DNA from: Methanobacteriota archaeon
GTDB lineage: Archaea; Thermoplasmatota; E2; DHVEG-1
Direction: 5' to 3'
Length of the DNA stretch: 64,000 nt
Assembly: GCA_963769885.1 (NCBI GenBank)
Contig: CAVYNH010000001.1
Coordinates: forward strand, 1 to 64,000
The position numbers and the translations under genes were made by a program. Positions 61,151-64,000 of the stretch are shown in pieces. A model generated the notes under the pieces. The model searched no databases. It had not been told where the DNA came from and was given only the letters and a program-made list of their open reading frames with translations. Positions within the stretch are counted from its first letter, which is position 1. Each line of letters starts with the position of its first letter.

Positions 61151-61378
61151 TCAGCAGAACCCTTTGACGTACCCTGCGGCTGGTTTGGGGGTGACGAGAG
61201 GAGTATGGGCTGGTGGTCGGGGAAACGGTTTCTTGACGCTTGGCTGTGGACAGTGGAGTCTGAGTGGTGTGGTGAAGCTTTTCATCCGCTGTTCGTAGAC
61301 AAAGACCTTGGCGATGTCTTCGATTTCCTCGACCATCGCCTCGTCACTGGCCGCTCCAACGATTTTGATTCCCGCCAT
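61151..61378 (-). CDS. Small protein (paralog of 23456-23578)
   Basis: ggaggtg RBS; MAGIKIVGAASDEAMVEEIEDIAKVFVYEQRMKSF. Confidence 0.65.
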   Translation of the reverse strand: MAGIKIVGAASDEAMVEEIEDIAKVFVYEQRMKSFTTPLRLHCPQPSVKKPFPRPPAHTPLVTPKPAAGYVKGFC

Positions 61379-61594
61379 AAACACCTCCGCGCCTTTGCTA
61401 GTCTTTGACTAGCAATGTACTATTTGTCACTACTTGCATATAAACTTTCTGAAAAAAACAAGGCTCTGGCGGCGTCCAGCGTCCGTCATGGAGAACCAGG
61501 CGGGCTACCCACTCAACCCGGGAGGGGTGGCTCGATAGGCGGCTGGAAAGTATTAAAAGCATGGAACAAATAATGGCCTTCAGGAAGGAAGGGC

Positions 61595-62080
61595 ATGGCT
61601 GCGGACGTCCCAGAAGGCGCAAGTATACGGCTCCGGGCGAAGTACCGGCGGATCACGCTGTGGTTGCTCATCGTCGCGATCATTTTCACGGTCTGGACCC
61701 TTTCCGTCCTCTTCGCGGTGTTCTCCCTGCAGTTGGGCGGACGGTGGACGATAATCTCGCCGACGTACTGGGTTGTGGCAGACGTCATCGTCGTCGCCCT
61801 GGTCCTGCTCATCGATGCCCTGATTTTCATGCGGTATCAGGGGAAGACCCGATCCACGCGACCCAAGGTCGTGAAGGAGAAGAAGGGGCGGAGAGCCAGG
61901 AAGGAGAAGGCTCCTGAGCCGGAGATGCTCAAGGGCAGACAGGTCTACACCGTGACGCTGCCGCACGGTGCTAAAGGCGGGATCTTCAGCAAGACCTTCG
62001 TCGCCATTGACGACCGCCGCGTGCTCCAGCTGCGCTACCAGATGATCCCTCCAGCGACGCTGTGGCCGCTGCAGCAATGA
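61595..62080 (+). CDS. 2-TM membrane hypothetical protein
   Basis: Two hydrophobic helices plus a soluble C-terminal domain. Confidence 0.7.
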   Translation: MAADVPEGASIRLRAKYRRITLWLLIVAIIFTVWTLSVLFAVFSLQLGGRWTIISPTYWVVADVIVVALVLLIDALIFMRYQGKTRSTRPKVVKEKKGRRARKEKAPEPEMLKGRQVYTVTLPHGAKGGIFSKTFVAIDDRRVLQLRYQMIPPATLWPLQQ

Positions 62081-62553
62081 ACATACCAATGAAATACGTC
62101 AGCATTCTGCTTGCAACTTTCACATCGCAACTATCCTCTTGACCTTACTGGAAATTTTTTGTTATCGGTCCCGGATGGATTGATCTACCTGGATACTCGC
62201 AATCAGTTTTCAGTTTTTTTATCGAAAGATAAGCTAAGCTATTAAGGATAAACATCAGATTCTGCCGGAACCATCACATTTTCGGATGCACGGTCTTCAG
62301 AGAAGGAGAAGGGGAGATAGATTGGATTTGTGCTGAATATAGGCCGTAAGCCTCTTTACTGCTCCTAAAAACAATCTTATTAGAAGTTCAAAAAATTGTA
62401 ATTTCTCGAGAAGAAACCCTGATTATTAAAGAGATTTTATTAGGAATAATCAATCAAGAAGTTGATGAATCTCCTAATCCCACGACAACTTAATTGAAAA
62501 AAGAAGGAAAGTATCAACTGACTTTTCTTCACAGAAGAAGAGAACGGCGTGCT

Positions 62554-62862
62554 TCACTTCTCTGTTGGAATTATCTTGATGCTATTTTTGTCTGGTATCA
62601 ATGAGACTACATCGTTAGCTTTCAAATGGTATTTCGTGGCAAGTTCTTTTGGAATGCGAAACCCTAGACTTTGTCCCCATCTTGTGACCTTCGCGCGATA
62701 TAACTTTATCGCCCTGTATCGGTCAGCAACATCATGAAGCTGCTTCATATCAACGATCTCATCGCCGCACTTCGAACAAGCGTAATATTTATAGCTGATT
62801 CCCTCTGGAGTCAACGCCTCTTTCTCTTCCATCTGTTTTCCACACGTACCACATTTTTTCAT
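62554..62862 (-). CDS. Zn-ribbon (MqsA/YgiT-like) plus AbrB/MazE domain, putative antitoxin
   Basis: CGTC...CSKCGD; KVTRWGQSLGFRIPK. Confidence 0.8.
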   Translation of the reverse strand: MKKCGTCGKQMEEKEALTPEGISYKYYACSKCGDEIVDMKQLHDVADRYRAIKLYRAKVTRWGQSLGFRIPKELATKYHLKANDVVSLIPDKNSIKIIPTEK

Positions 62863-62863
62863 A

Positions 62864-63103
62864 TTACACCTTCTTTTCTATAGTTACAATTTTTATTCTG
62901 TTTCCAATGATTTCGTCAACGCAAATTACCGTGAAGTGTTTGTATTTTTTACTGAATTTCACGTTACTCTTACCATATCTTTTTATCGTTCCACCTTTGA
63001 TGGTTGCTTCGATCATATCCGGTGTTATTCCTCGGTCCATGGCACGTATGAATGCGTGCCGTTTGATCTCTACTTCATATTGAGAGATATCCATTGATAT
63101 CAT
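62864..63103 (-). CDS. DUF4258-like putative RNase toxin
   Basis: IKRHAFIRAMDRGIT..I...I..G; C-terminal IVT. Confidence 0.75.
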   Translation of the reverse strand: MISMDISQYEVEIKRHAFIRAMDRGITPDMIEATIKGGTIKRYGKSNVKFSKKYKHFTVICVDEIIGNRIKIVTIEKKV

Positions 63104-63166
63104 ATAGTATCCTTTAATATATAAAAGTATTGTCTGAAAATTGCTAAGTGGGGGCCGTAAGCCTCT

Positions 63167-64000
63167 TTATTTCTTCATCAGGCCCATTTCTACGAGCTTC
63201 TCCGGTAGGTACGTGTCTGTGACGTAGTCCAGCCCGTACTTCGCCAGCGCCTGCTGCTCGGACTTCTTCCCGATTTCCAGCTGCAGCTTGATCTCATGCT
63301 TCCAGAACTGGTCCTGGAACCGCGGGTCGTCCAACTCGCTCTTCAACGCATGGATGTCCTCCGCAGTGAGCGTATCCGTCGGCAGCTTGTAGTTGACGAT
63401 ATCCGAGGGCGTCACCCCGAGGTACTGGGCCGCCGGCGTCGCGAGGTACTCCGAGATATGCGCGGTCTTGATCGCCCCGTACGCGACGCTGCCGTAGATC
63501 CGGAAGCTCCAGGGGTCGCAGTCCGTGAAGACCAGGACCGGCAGCCGTTTTTCCTCGTTGAGCCGCTTGATGAAACGCCGCGTCGACCGCGCCGGCTGCC
63601 CCTTAAGATGCACGAGGATCGCACGGGAGTCCGTGTCGAACCCGTTCTCCACCAGCCGGTCGAACATACCGCCGGTCTCGATCGCGACCACGAAGTCCGC
63701 GTCCACCTCCTTGAATGACAGCTTCTCCTTCTCGACATTGTAGGGGATGCCGTAGCCGGCGTCGCCGACATCGTCCTGGCAGTGGATCCGCTTCTTCTTG
63801 TTGTTCCTGGTCACCTCCTCGATGACGAGGTTGCCGATGACGCGCGCGCCGTCCTCCTCCGGACGCAGCTTGAAGTCCTCCCGCATGCAGCCGGTGATGA
63901 CCTCAAGGTCCTCCGCGAGCAGGTCTGACTCATCCTGCGTATGGAACTTCGCCAGGTTCCAGCCCTCAGAGATGTAATAGGTTTCTCTGAGCGTCGACGA
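63167..64000 (-). CDS. top6A: DNA topoisomerase VI subunit A (5' end outside the window)
   Basis: [39 protein letters not shown]. Confidence 0.96.
   Translation of the reverse strand, partial: SSTLRETYYISEGWNLAKFHTQDESDLLAEDLEVITGCMREDFKLRPEEDGARVIGNLVIEEVTRNNKKKRIHCQDDVGDAGYGIPYNVEKEKLSFKEVDADFVVAIETGGMFDRLVENGFDTDSRAILVHLKGQPARSTRRFIKRLNEEKRLPVLVFTDCDPWSFRIYGSVAYGAIKTAHISEYLATPAAQYLGVTPSDIVNYKLPTDTLTAEDIHALKSELDDPRFQDQFWKHEIKLQLEIGKKSEQQALAKYGLDYVTDTYLPEKLVEMGLMKK

Noticed and set aside
61460-61546. GC-rich intergenic stretch as a possible ncRNA
   Set aside because: No recognisable SRP, RNase P or tRNA motifs and no convincing fold by eye.
63176-63187. catcaggcccat, resembling the tRNA-Pro att core
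   Set aside because: Only 12 bp, lies inside the top6A coding end (MGLMKK) and lacks both arms; likely chance.

Overview
Archaeal DNA: thermosome, Alba, Lsm-L37e, S13-S4-S11-RpoD, Taw1, SepF and TopoVI-A are present. The many secreted C25/C1A/PKD proteins suggest Thermoplasmatota, probably the MBG-D/DHVEG-1 lineage (inference). Bases 1-9682 are an almost exact inverted copy of 9767-19446, folding back inside an SBBP-repeat gene at a 5-bp microhomology; this is most likely an amplification, read or assembly artifact, so the genes in 1-19446 appear twice. That region holds a 5.4-kb AT-rich IS6-like cargo transposon with terminal inverted repeats (TIRs), 14-bp-periodic subterminal repeats and an 8-bp target-site duplication (TSD). 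It sits just upstream of the putative thermosome TATA box, in tandem with the end of a second, related element. Its cargo is a SWIM/Zn-ribbon DDE transposase, a methyltransferase-Mrr fusion, a wHTH-PUR-like protein, a divergent TGT-fold protein and a small membrane protein. The most unusual structure is a tRNA-Pro(CGG)-anchored tandem array of ~2-kb units (42299-47700), each carrying a secreted-protein gene. The units are separated by palindromic att-like sites that share a 15-bp copy of the tRNA 3' end, and no integrase is present in the window. A SipW/TasA-like fibre cluster with a giant gingipain-like protein follows. The remainder is mostly housekeeping genes, secreted proteases and several microproteins.
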